A stretch of 62,121 bases of DNA, the filler included, from Sphacelaria rigidula (Eukaryota): the NCBI GenBank assembly GCA_964200075.2. It is 10 parts of 10 records of this genome, joined end to end, with 100 filler letters (N's around TTAATTAATTAA, not from the genome) between each part and the next. Parts side by side here need not be neighbours in the genome. Positions count along the whole stretch, not along the records: positions 49,780 to 55,900 come from CAXNAA020022096.1; positions 56,001 to 62,121 come from CAXNAA020022097.1; 8 more parts are not named here. One strand, given 5' to 3'. Below are positions 52,308 through 62,121 of this stretch, in pieces; position 1 is the stretch's first letter; each line of letters opens with the position of its first letter. Made by a program: the position numbers and the translations under genes. The notes below the pieces were generated by a model, which was given only the letters and a program-made list of their open reading frames with translations, did no database searches and was not told the DNA's origin.

Positions 52308-54747
52308 TCACCGCAAATCAGCTGCTGCCAGGCTGAGATCTCTCTGATCTGTCCACTGTTCGTTGTGTCGCACGCGAGAAAGACATGTGTATGACAAAGG
52401 AAGGACGGAAGAACTTTCAAGATATCACAGCCAACATTTGAGAGCGAGCTAATGTACATCTCCACGTCATACTAAGCGTCAAAATAGTATGTGAAGTTAC
52501 ACGCTCCGTCTTGTCAGGGGTACATGCAGATACCTCACGGAAGGCTGCGAGCTCGGACCATGCGGCATTGTTCATGTGCGGGTAGCTTCAAGTGCGGAAA
52601 AAAACAGAGCAGCTGCAGGAATGCCACCACTCAAAACAGAGCTTGTCGCTCACGCAGAGGACGCGGTACGATGGCAGCCCATGTGACACAATCACGACCC
52701 GGGGGTGAAAGAGGTGAGCCATGAACCCTTGCGAGTCACGGTAGGACACGGTAATCACTTCCTCCGAGTTTCTTGCTCTTCATGCATCGCGTTCCTTGCT
52801 ATATACGGAAAATAGCTGCGACGATATAAAACGAAGGTCTGAATATTTCTTCTCAGGGTCATCAGCGTACGCCGCGGACATCCTATTGAAGAAAGAAATG
52901 GGAGTCCCAGGTCGAAGCATACCCTCATACGACCACAAGAATCATTCTCTAGATTTTGAAGCAGGATACCCAAACATTCGTTTTCACGATAGTCTAACTT
53001 GATACATATTTCCGATCCCCTCACTACCTGAAGTCAAGTGAAGAGTTTTTTTTCTCATATGTTGTACATCTCGTGATATCGGACGCTTGACTATAAGCTT
53101 CGCTTACCTCTGACATGGCGGTAACAAATCGCTTGTCTCGTGGACCTTCGGCACATCCTCTGCCAGGCCGCGCACCGCAACGCTTCCACTCGTTGTGTTT
53201 GCCGCAGCCCTCACAACCCAACTGCGGCACTCTTTCCGTTGTCTGCATGCGGCGACGACAGTTGGTGCACTCGAAGTACCTGAGAGTGGCCTTGACACTC
53301 TTCTGCTCGTGGCCTAGCTCCTTGCAGCGCTTGCTGAAGAACGTGCGACGCATCTTGCACTGTATTACAGTTGCCACCGGTGGTATGGTGTTCATGTTGG
53401 TGATGAGGGTGCGTTGGGCGGAGGGGTATTGGTAGCGGTTAGAGAAAATGACAATGGCTAAAACGTTTGCGCAGACACGAACGCTCAAGGAGGACACAAG
53501 TGGCGGTGCTTTCCGATACATTCCTTTTCGTTCAGCAGACGCACACCCCGATATGACCATGAATCAAATAAGAGTGATTTCATTTCCACGACTCTGGGCC
53601 TCTTGTCCCTGTCCGCAGCAAAGCACGACGAGCCTGCGCCGTACCGTACCAAGAAATCTGGCATCTCGGAACCAAATGAGGACATCCATGCGTACGAGGA
53701 CACACCACATTAGTCCTGTTTCCTCGAACTCGCCTGCGTGCAGTCCCATGCTGTGACAGTCATCTTCGTCACTGCCTCTGCCTTGTCCGCCAGGGCCTCG
53801 CGGTTTTCCAAGCGCTGCATACTCTTATCCGCCTCGTTCGCTCTCTCCTGCTTGTTCAAGCGTTCGATGCATCGCGGGTGGGCGCGCGGGACATGTTCAT
53901 GTGTCTGAGCTTGCACTTTGGCATGCTTTTGTTCACGTATTGCTTCTGTCAGTCGCTGCATGTTCTTGTGCCAGCATCTCCGGGGATTCAATAAGAATAA
54001 CTCACTTTACAACACTTGCACTAGAAAGTCGTGCACTGGTCTACTTTGTCAGTCCTCCCCATTAATCGGTCAACATATTAGCTACATTAAAAGCGTTGGC
54101 GAGTGTACTTGCCTCCTCCGCCAATCCTGCGTACTTGGACACTCGCCGCAGAAGCAGCTCTTTCTCCAGGGTGCTCATCGTCTGAATTGATTATTGTGCA
54201 TGTGAAACGGAGAGCGGGGGTGGGTCCGAGCGGCGTGTCAGTGTGCCTCACTTCATACAGGAACTCTAGTTGAGGTAGCACTCGTTACAACAGTGACTCG
54301 TAACCACCAGTGTGCTGCCAATGCTCCCTTCTGATTACATGGGCGATCATACACACGGCAACGAAACGCCACATGGTACACGCCGATGTACCCTCCAAGT
54401 TTGGCATGGGTTTCACATTTCGCGAGCGTCTACCGTAAATCTTGCGGATTCCTGTGTCTTCTTTTCAAAGCCAACACCATGCGCCATCACCGCCTCCCTC
54501 TAATTCTCACCTTGATTTTGGATGTCAGAGGATCGCTCGCCTTGGTGGTTTTCGCAGTTGAACCCTTACGGATGCTGCAGGGGTTTGGAACAGCATGGCT
54601 ACCGATCGCTGTGGATTTTTTTGCGTCCTTGCCTTGTCCAAGGATCGTTATTGCCTGGCGAGAGCTGATGGCACTGGGATCGGATGGCCTGAGGATGATC
54701 CCGCGTGCCTGCGCGATGGCCTTCAAGCGCTGTTGTGACATTTCCGC
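52308..54747 (-). CDS. MCM10: MCM10 DNA replication factor, 3' half with C-terminal zinc domain. Exons 54747-54511, 54181-54113, 53847-53734, 53359-53108, 52355-52308
   Basis: Five phase-0 exons (720 nt): ...ILRPSDPSA...|TMSTLEKELLLRRVSKYAGLAEE|ERANEADKSMQRLENREALADKAEAVTKMTVTAWDCTQ|CKMRRTFFSKRCKELGHEQKSVKATLRYFECTNCRRR...PQLGCEGCGKHNEWKR...FVTAMSE|WTDQRDLSLAAADLR*. The LExxE helix, CxxC..C..H and F-x-CxxC..CxxC..W-x-R layout matches the Mcm10 C-terminal domain. The last exon is the least certain. Confidence 0.88.
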
Positions 54748-55065
54748 CTGTCCAGAGAATAAACACAAAATGGGTTTGAGAATAAACACAAAATGGGTTT
54801 GTTTTTCCCGACGCGAGAGACCTGATATCTACGGTAGATACGAAACCACTGTAGGACTTTCACAACACGAATTACCCTCGGTCAATGGTTGCAATGGTCG
54901 GAGGTCGGGCATAGTTTACAACAGCAGGTGAACTTTTCCGCGGTGTCACTCGAGATGCAACAGTATCATGTTGCTCATCATTAGTAGGCTTTTGCTGCTC
55001 ATGATTGAGTATGATTCGCATAAGTTACGAGATGGTTCAGATTGAACGCCCAAAATTCAATCCCC

Positions 55066-55900
55066 GGGATGTCCTCACGCCGTTTTTTCGAGTTAGACCA
55101 CGAAAATTTGCACACATGTTCTCGAGGGCACTATCTAAAACTCGAAGACCGTTTTTTTTTGTTGGTGTCGAGGTAGTCGGGATCTGACGCCTCCCCCGGT
55201 CAAGTAGGTCAACCGCGACCTTGGATAAAAAGCCACAAAAAAAAACGGGCTTCGAATTCTAGATAGTGCCCTCCATAACATGTGTGCAAATTTTCGTGGT
55301 CTAACTCGAAAAAACGGCGCGAGGGATTGCCAAGACGTGCGCTGAAGTATAAAAAGTCGGTATTCGTTTGATTGAAGTACAGAATCGCCTTTTTTGGGGG
55401 GTTGTTTTTACGGTGGAAGACCCAGCCGATTCAGTTCTTCGAGTTGAGCAATGAAAATTGGTACACAAGTCGACTGGGATACCACCTGACCCTAGATTGT
55501 CAAAAATTTGGTGTTGGGGCATTCTGTACCGGTTTCCTGGGGGTCTTCATGCTGGGACCCCGGAAGCCGGCAGAGAACGGAGAAACTTTGAAATCTTGCG
55601 AAATAATTTTTTTTCCATCTGGAGCATCGATACCTACGGAACTGACAAGTTTGAGGAAGATCTGAGCTTTTCTCCAACAGATAAAAGGAAAATCGTCTCG
55701 AGGCTCCGTGGGCCTTTCGTACGTATCATGAGTGGAAATTAGACAACGCCACAGCTCCACATCACCGAAACATTACGGTTTTGGGCGAAATTCGACCCCG
55801 TTGTAACCGTTTTCAAATCTGTTTCTCCCGCTAGAATGCCAAGCTGATGACGGTTACTACGATTTGAACCATGTGGAGTTTCGGTGAAAATTGGGCTTGG
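55066..55900. mobile_element. Partial member of the modular hairpin element family
   Basis: Hairpin with arms at about 55066-55165 and 55233-55328 (tcacgccgttttttcgagttagaccacgaaaatttgcacacatgtt / aacatgtgtgcaaattttcgtggtctaactcgaaaaaacggcgcga). 55520-55900 is the reverse complement of about 17215-17590. Confidence 0.85.
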
Positions 55901-56082
55901 NNNNNNNNNNNNNNNNNNNNNNNNNNNNNNNNNNNNNNNNNNNNTTAATTAATTAANNNNNNNNNNNNNNNNNNNNNNNNNNNNNNNNNNNNNNNNNNNN
56001 TCACTGTCTGCTGTTCGTATTGTACGTGTGCGGGGACTTGGTGTGTATGTTACTTGAGAGGGTGCGTTAAGTGGTTGCGTAC

Positions 56083-58360
56083 TCATTTCTTGCTTACCTT
56101 GAACGTTTGACCAGTGACCACGCATCCCTTTCGAGACGGAGCACCGTTCCTACTCCTAATGGAGACACCTCCAACATCTCGGTGCCCATTACGTTTCTTA
56201 CATACACCACACGAAGACCTTTTACATATCCTATCCCCGTCCTGTTTCGCCGTCTGTGGCAACCATCTATCTCCTAGTGCAGCCATTGCTTTCTCCGTAC
56301 TTTCTAATGCATCAAACGATTTCATGTCACCTTCGTTCACGCCCGTCATTTCTCCCTCTAGCACGTCCCGTTCCTCCTTGTATAGTTCACATTCTGACAC
56401 TACATGACTTCTGCTCTCCATTGTTTCGCCACATCTGTGCATCTACTTCCTCCTCCTCTCGATTACTGGTAAATCTCTTCCTTTTTTCCGGCAGGTCCAG
56501 ATTCCCAACCCGTATTCGCAGTTTCAAAAGTTTCGCCGCGTCCATTGGGCCATGCAGATATGTTTTCACCCCATCCCCTCTCTCAACCTCCCGCATATCT
56601 TCGGGTGTTTTTCCTCGTCTAATTTGCGTCTGAGCGTTTCTTTTCCCCTTATTTATATCATGTACTTTACTTTGTTGTGTACTCCTCGCCTTCATCTATG
56701 GGCATTATCTCATCTTCGTTTCCTCCTATCCCCTTTCATACTTTCTCGCCTCCTCTATCCCACCTTATTCCTGCCTGCCCTTTCGTCATTTTTTTCCATA
56801 CAGCCCTATCAGCTAGGGCTGGCATTCTCTTTATCTGCATGTTCTTCACGCTATATTGCCATCTCAATGTTCTCATGTCCCTGTTTGTTTTAAGTGGGGG
56901 ACATTCCCAACTCTGCTCTCGATGCTGTATTCCTCGTCGTTTGCGAGCATCCAAGAATCTTCTTAGCTGCTGCCATCTACTGTTTCCAACTTCTTCACCA
57001 ACTTCACGTTCCCCTCCAATACTTCTCCTGCATATCCCAGCTTCGGTACAGTCACGTTCATCAAGATAAATATCTCAATCCTAGTGTCTAGATGCGAGTC
57101 TCTGAGGATTACATCCATCTTTCCTATCTGCGCCTTACGCTTTTCCATACATTAGTTTATGTGTGCATCCCAAGAACAGTTTTTATGTATCTCTACACCG
57201 AGGTATGTATACTGGTGTACGATCGGCAGCTTCTCTTGTCCCCACTTCCATTTGAACTCGACAGGATTTTTCTGATCTCCGTCACATACGAGCACCGCGC
57301 ATTTGTTCACGTTTGCTGTCACTCTCCATTTCCTAGTGTATTCTAGCGTCTTCTGTATTTGTTTCTGCAATCCTCCTGATGTTCCTGATACTCACACAAA
57401 ATCATCCGCGAACATCAACCTGATACCATATCTCCCCCCACCTTGACCCCTTGGTTGGCTGCGCCTATTGCTATCATCAGGTCATTAATGAATACCTTGA
57501 ATAGACGTACATCCTTGTGCAGCTCCTTGTGAAATATCGAAATATTTCAATATTTCCCCGTCTAGAATCATAGCACTTTTGACACATTCTGCCATCTTCA
57601 CTTTTCTCCACATCTATCCCTTGATCCCAGTTTCCCACAACTTTTTCCACAGTCCATTTATCCATGCTGGGTCGTAAGTCTTGTGCACGTCCAGAACGAG
57701 AAAGTAAGTTGTTAACCCGGCATCTTCATTACCTTCAGTAATATTACCTCATGCGTACACATGGTCTACGCAACTACGGTTTGGTCCAAAACCAGCTTGC
57801 ACCTCGCTGGTTTTGTCTTCCGTTTCCTACATCGTCCCTACTCTATCGTTCAGAATCTTACAGAATGTTTTCCCTACTGTGCTCAGTAGCGTTATCTCTC
57901 TATAATTTCCAGGATCAGTCTTGTCTCCATTTTTTAGACGGTTAACTACTGCTCCTTCTCTCCACCTCTCGGGTATGTACTCGTTGTCCCAGATCCAGTT
58001 ATACAGCATAACCATCATGGTAAGCATCTCCTTTCCCCCGTACTTTGAAAATTCATTCGCTATTTCGTCTGCCCGTGCTGCCTTTCTGTCCTCAAGTTTA
58101 GCTACACACTACTTTACTTCATCTCTGGTAATTGATCTCTGCAATTCTTTCGAGCCACTATTCTCCCGTTTTGACGCCTCTACGTTTGCCTCTGCCCACG
58201 CGTTGATTCCTGTCTCGAATTCCGTGTCGGACTTCGTGTCGGACTTCGTGTCAATTTTTGGTGTTTTTAGTTTACGGTAGTGTACGACTAGCACTTCTCT
58301 CTTCCCCTTCGAGCTACTGATCATTTTACCGTTCTGTGTCGGAAGTGTTCTCCCCCCCTT
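56083..58360 (-). mobile_element. Decayed LINE reverse transcriptase with C-terminal zinc-knuckle-like region
   Basis: GDKTDPGNYREITLLSTVGKTFCKILNDR, MFADDF (about 57398-57415), YTYLGVEI, LRIRVGNLDLPE and CGETMESRSHVVSECELY, with frameshifts and stops. Confidence 0.93.
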
Positions 58361-58559
58361 CCTACTCTTCCTTTTTCCAAACAGTATAGTCCAACTTTAT
58401 TGCATTTCCTTTTAAACTCCACCCTCGTCATATCGCTACAAACTCCGAATACCAGCACTACCAGCACTTTACCCGTCCACTCTTTACTTCTCCATCTGCC
58501 CTCCCTTACCGTCTCTCTTTCTCTCTCTCTGTTTCTTTCGAGAGAATCTCCAGCTTAAT

Positions 58560-59410
58560 CATTTCAAGTGCTGTGGTAGGATATAGTCAACGTACTGGAA
58601 TATCCCAATCCTAGTACTTGTTAGGGATCTGATTTCTTTCAGTCTTTTGCTGGCCCATCGATACTAAATAATGCCTCCAACATCGGATGGTACCCTGAAG
58701 CCAAGTTCAACACCTTTGACACAAGTATCTCACGTTTGTGCCAGGCGATTTTCATAGTGAACCATCCAGGCATCCTACGATCGTATCTCCTGTCTTCTTG
58801 CCCCGCTGTTGTACTGGTTACTTTCCTTCAGGGAGATCATTTTCACTGTGTAAGGTTCAAGGGCGGCTTGCATATCACAAGGTCTTACTCACATCGAGAT
58901 GTCCCGTGCACTACTTCTTCCCACCCCGTGTACGGTTCACCATGGGTCCCACATTGCCAGCTTCTATCCTTCAAGATCTCAAAAAGTCTACGTACCGCTT
59001 GGACCTCCTTCTCGTAGGTCATGTAGTCCGTCATTGGTAAGGTTCTGTTTCATGAGTGAGTCAGTAAGTCTTAACGTTTATGTCACGCATCATCCACCCC
59101 TTCCCTTCATTAGACGCCTTTTTCATCTAATGTTGAAATTCAAGAAAATGTCTGGTGGGATTTCCACCGCCTCATGGAAAGCGGTAAGGTTTCACAGATA
59201 TCTCACCACGCGACCCAAACCCCCATGTGAATCTAACATGTCGGGGGTGATGACCCTACCCTATCCGTACTTGTTATGTACTTTGTGTTTTCGATTTGCA
59301 TGTAAGGTGGTCAACGTTCAGGCTATTACTTACACGTCTAGGTCTTGGTTATATTTTTGTCTAACCTTTATAATGATATGGGGGAAGAATCTCGGTTGTT
59401 CCCCGACTTG
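58560..59410 (-). mobile_element. Possible decayed gypsy-like integrase/chromodomain remnant
   Basis: Weak minus-strand fragments (YLVS near 58660, HHPRH near 59245). Heavily disrupted. Confidence 0.35.
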
Positions 59411-59442
59411 ATATGGCAAAGTAGATCTGTTATTTTTCGCGA

Positions 59443-60097
59443 TTCCACGTTTATGTTCGGGCTGCGTTTTGGTAGGTTGAAGAAAAAGGATGTTTAGCTT
59501 CTATATTCCATGCCTATGTCCGGGCTGTGCTATGATAGGCTGAGGAAAAAGGATGGTCAGCTTCTATATTCCATGTCTATGTTTGGGTTGTGTTATGGTA
59601 GGACAAAGAAAAAGCAGGGTTAGCTTCTGTATTTCATGCCTATGCCCGGGCTGTGTTATGATAGGACAAAGAAAGAGCAGGGTTAGCTTCTGTATTTCAT
59701 GTTTATATCCGGGTTGTGTTATTGTAAGTTGAAGGAGAAGGATGGTTAGCTTCTTTATTCCATGCTTATGTCTGGGCTGTGTTATGGCATGTTAAAGAAA
59801 AAGGGTGGTTAGCTTCTTTATTCCATCTCTATGCCCAAGCTGTGTTATGGTCGGTTTAAGAAAAAGGACGGCTAGCTTTTCTTCATTTCATTCCTATGTC
59901 CGGGCTGTGTTATGGTAGGTTTATGATTAGCTTCTTTACGTCCTGTCTATGTCCGGTCTGAGTTATGGTAGATCAAAGACAAGGATGGTCAGCTTCTTTA
60001 CTTCATGTCTATGTCCGGGCTGTATTATTGTCGGTTACAGAAAGAGGATGGTTAGCTTTTCTTTATTTTATGCCTATGTCTTGGCTGTGTTATGGTG
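59443..60097 (+). repeat. Minisatellite, about ten copies of a 62-63-bp unit
   Basis: Unit approximates ggttagcttct.tatt(c/t)catg.ctatgtc.gggctgtgttatggtagg...aagaaaa.gat. The agctt anchor recurs near 59497, 59560, 59622, 59684, 59747, 59811, 59874, 59929, 59991 and 60054. Confidence 0.92.
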
Positions 60098-60967
60098 GCG
60101 GGGAAAACCAAGAAAAAGCAGAAAAGGGGGGGGAAATGTATGGGGAAAGAGGGAAGGAAAAAGGAAGAGAAGAAAAAGGCAGACAAAAAAAACACAGAGA
60201 ACAAGAAAAAGGAGGGAATAAAATTATAAGAAAAAAAAACGGTCAGCTTTGGTGTAGCACGTCTATACCCATCTTTTATTTTTCTGGGAGAAACAAAATT
60301 GGTGATTTAGGTTGTTCTGTTTTACAGCGCCGTTGCCATTCGACGCCAATCCACGAGTCGAGAGGTGAAGGGGGGCAGAGGGGGGGTGCGGGTAAGTGCA
60401 ACAGGATGTCGGTTGGTCGCACCACTGTTTCATTCCTTGATATAGTCGCCAGAGATATTTCTCATGGTCGGAGCTGGGGACGATGAGTGAGGAAGACGAA
60501 AGGCTACGTTGAACAGACAGTGCGAGGTCGGGGGGAGTCGGGGCCATATAGGGGCAAGGGTGTCAGGAAACCTTGTTGGCCGCACTTCTGTACGCTCCCA
60601 AGCTCTAGTTACGTCTTAGGGAAAGGTAAAAAGGTTTTGCTCGTGACTGCAATTTATTTCACCGCCTTTGCGATGTGGCATGGAGACGGCGTTTCACCTA
60701 TCATTTATGTTATATGAATGTAAGTTCGAAGCTCCGCCTAGCAACGTTTCGCGCTACATTGGAGGTGGCGAGGACAATACAGTTCATTGTGGATTGGCGT
60801 AAGCAAAGCGGACGTGGAAATATGGCTCCAGAGATAGAGAGTTACGATTATAATACGCAGTACAAAGACGTGACACACTCTTGCTCCCTCTGGGGAAGTG
60901 TAACCATGACAGAGAGATATTGAAATTGTGCTGTGCTTATGCACCTGTTTTTTTAGTTGATGGCCAT

Positions 60968-61176
60968 TCCAAGGGCAGGTCGAGTATAGTATACTCAATC
61001 GCGGGGTATTTTGAAAGTCGCACTTAGAGTACACGAATTGGGGGTAGCGTTTTATGGATCGCTTTCCGGCTATTTTTTGGGTACGACTCCTGACACTTTA
61101 CCCTAATTTGAGTACCTCGAGTACCTCTTTCAAAATACCCCACAATTGAGTATACTCTACTCGACCTGCGCTTGGA
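60968..61176. mobile_element. 209-bp MITE, copy 2, opposite orientation, with CCAT flanking duplication
   Basis: ccat|TCCAAGGGCAGGTCGAG...CTCGACCTGCGCTTGGA|ccat. The interior is the reverse complement of the interior of 25582-25790. Confidence 0.9.
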
Positions 61177-62121
61177 CCATTCTGCCGCATTTTCCGACAA
61201 GTATCTCAGCTCCAAGAGAAGGGATACGTCACATGGGACAGGATAGGACAAACCCTGCTTGCCATTGCCCACGGCATGCCCTATGACTCATGTTCAGAGG
61301 CTTATTGCGCGTACCATACTTTGGTCACACGATCCCATACTTCGGCCCAACACTCGGACGCTGTGCCCTCATTACCCTCATTCCTCCCGCTCCTCCACTC
61401 CCGCCGCTGACATCCCCTCACTGAAGGTATGAAACGGATCAGCTGGCAACAAGCATTCCACGTCGAGAGCACGCGCTAGAATGCCTGATTAGGGACTACA
61501 TGGAAGACTCTCAGGGCGCTAAGCGTTCTCTCTTCCTTGCGGTACTAGTAGCAAAAAGAGAAGGTACTGCACTCTCTAATCGCCCGGAGCCAAGTATTTG
61601 TGTGTGTATCGTCGCGACGTGTCGGCTCGTCCTTATCCGCTGTTCGGAGGGTTTCGTTCTAAACCGGCCCGAAGCTATGCACGAAATATCCTACAGCTAT
61701 GTATCCTATTATGTACCACGGATCACAATGCCACAATTCCACTACCAAGACTCTATCCTCTCCATTTTGAGCATCTCCGACACTCGTTAGCATCTTCCCC
61801 AGATTTGGGTGATCCATGTATCCAGGAGCGATGCTACGGTATGGGTGCACATTTTGAGCAAAACCTTGTCCGGTTCAGCGGTTCCTAACGATTCTAGATA
61901 CACAAGTATATGGGTCAGGGCATCCCCGTTTGCAAATTCATCCGGATTATCCCTAGCACTTTGGAATAGTAATTCCTGCGTACTCTCGCATATATTTCAA
62001 CCGTGTTGTTTTTCATGAGATGAAGGCAGTCATCCTACGACAGGGGGGGGGTATTTTGGGCCATTTGTTGCTCGCAATTTCCAGTCAGATCGCCCTTGGA
62101 AGCAGCAACGGTTGTTCGAAC

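Noticed and set aside
6645..54747. Functional clustering of TTLL, the glycosyltransferase and MCM10 as one system
   Set aside because: They lie on different contigs that are adjacent only because of size sorting.
54755..54800. Perfect 23-bp tandem duplication next to an MCM10 splice acceptor
   Set aside because: Real, but a simple intronic slippage duplication with no evident consequence.
59443..60097. Possible CRISPR array
   Set aside because: Whole units are homologous with no unique spacers, there are no cas genes, and the context is eukaryotic.

Overview
This window is not one locus. It is ten unrelated contigs of 6121-6123 bp, sorted by length and joined by artificial 100-bp spacers (44 N + TTAATTAATTAA + 44 N). 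The contigs are 1-6123, 6224-12346, 12447-18569, 18670-24792, 24893-31014, 31115-37236, 37337-43458, 43559-49679, 49780-55900 and 56001-62121. The content is repeat-rich, intron-rich eukaryotic nuclear DNA, most consistent with a brown alga or related ochrophyte (inference from short exons with 0.2-1.5 kb introns, TTAGGG-type repeats, and a plastid-derived insert carrying chlI and ycf42 fragments). Most ORF-track entries are spurious. By manual splicing I recovered three partial multi-exon genes: a tubulin-tyrosine-ligase-like (TTLL) gene, an exostosin/GT47-like glycosyltransferase and the 3' half of MCM10. Three of their 15 introns need GC donors. The rest is decayed LINEs, Ty3/gypsy and copia remnants, a tRNA-derived SINE, MITEs, minisatellites, and a modular family of non-coding elements built from hairpin modules, one copy of which is a complete 1.5-kb TA-flanked TIR element. 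I found no evidence for a new multi-gene system, and gene neighbourhood across spacers is meaningless here.
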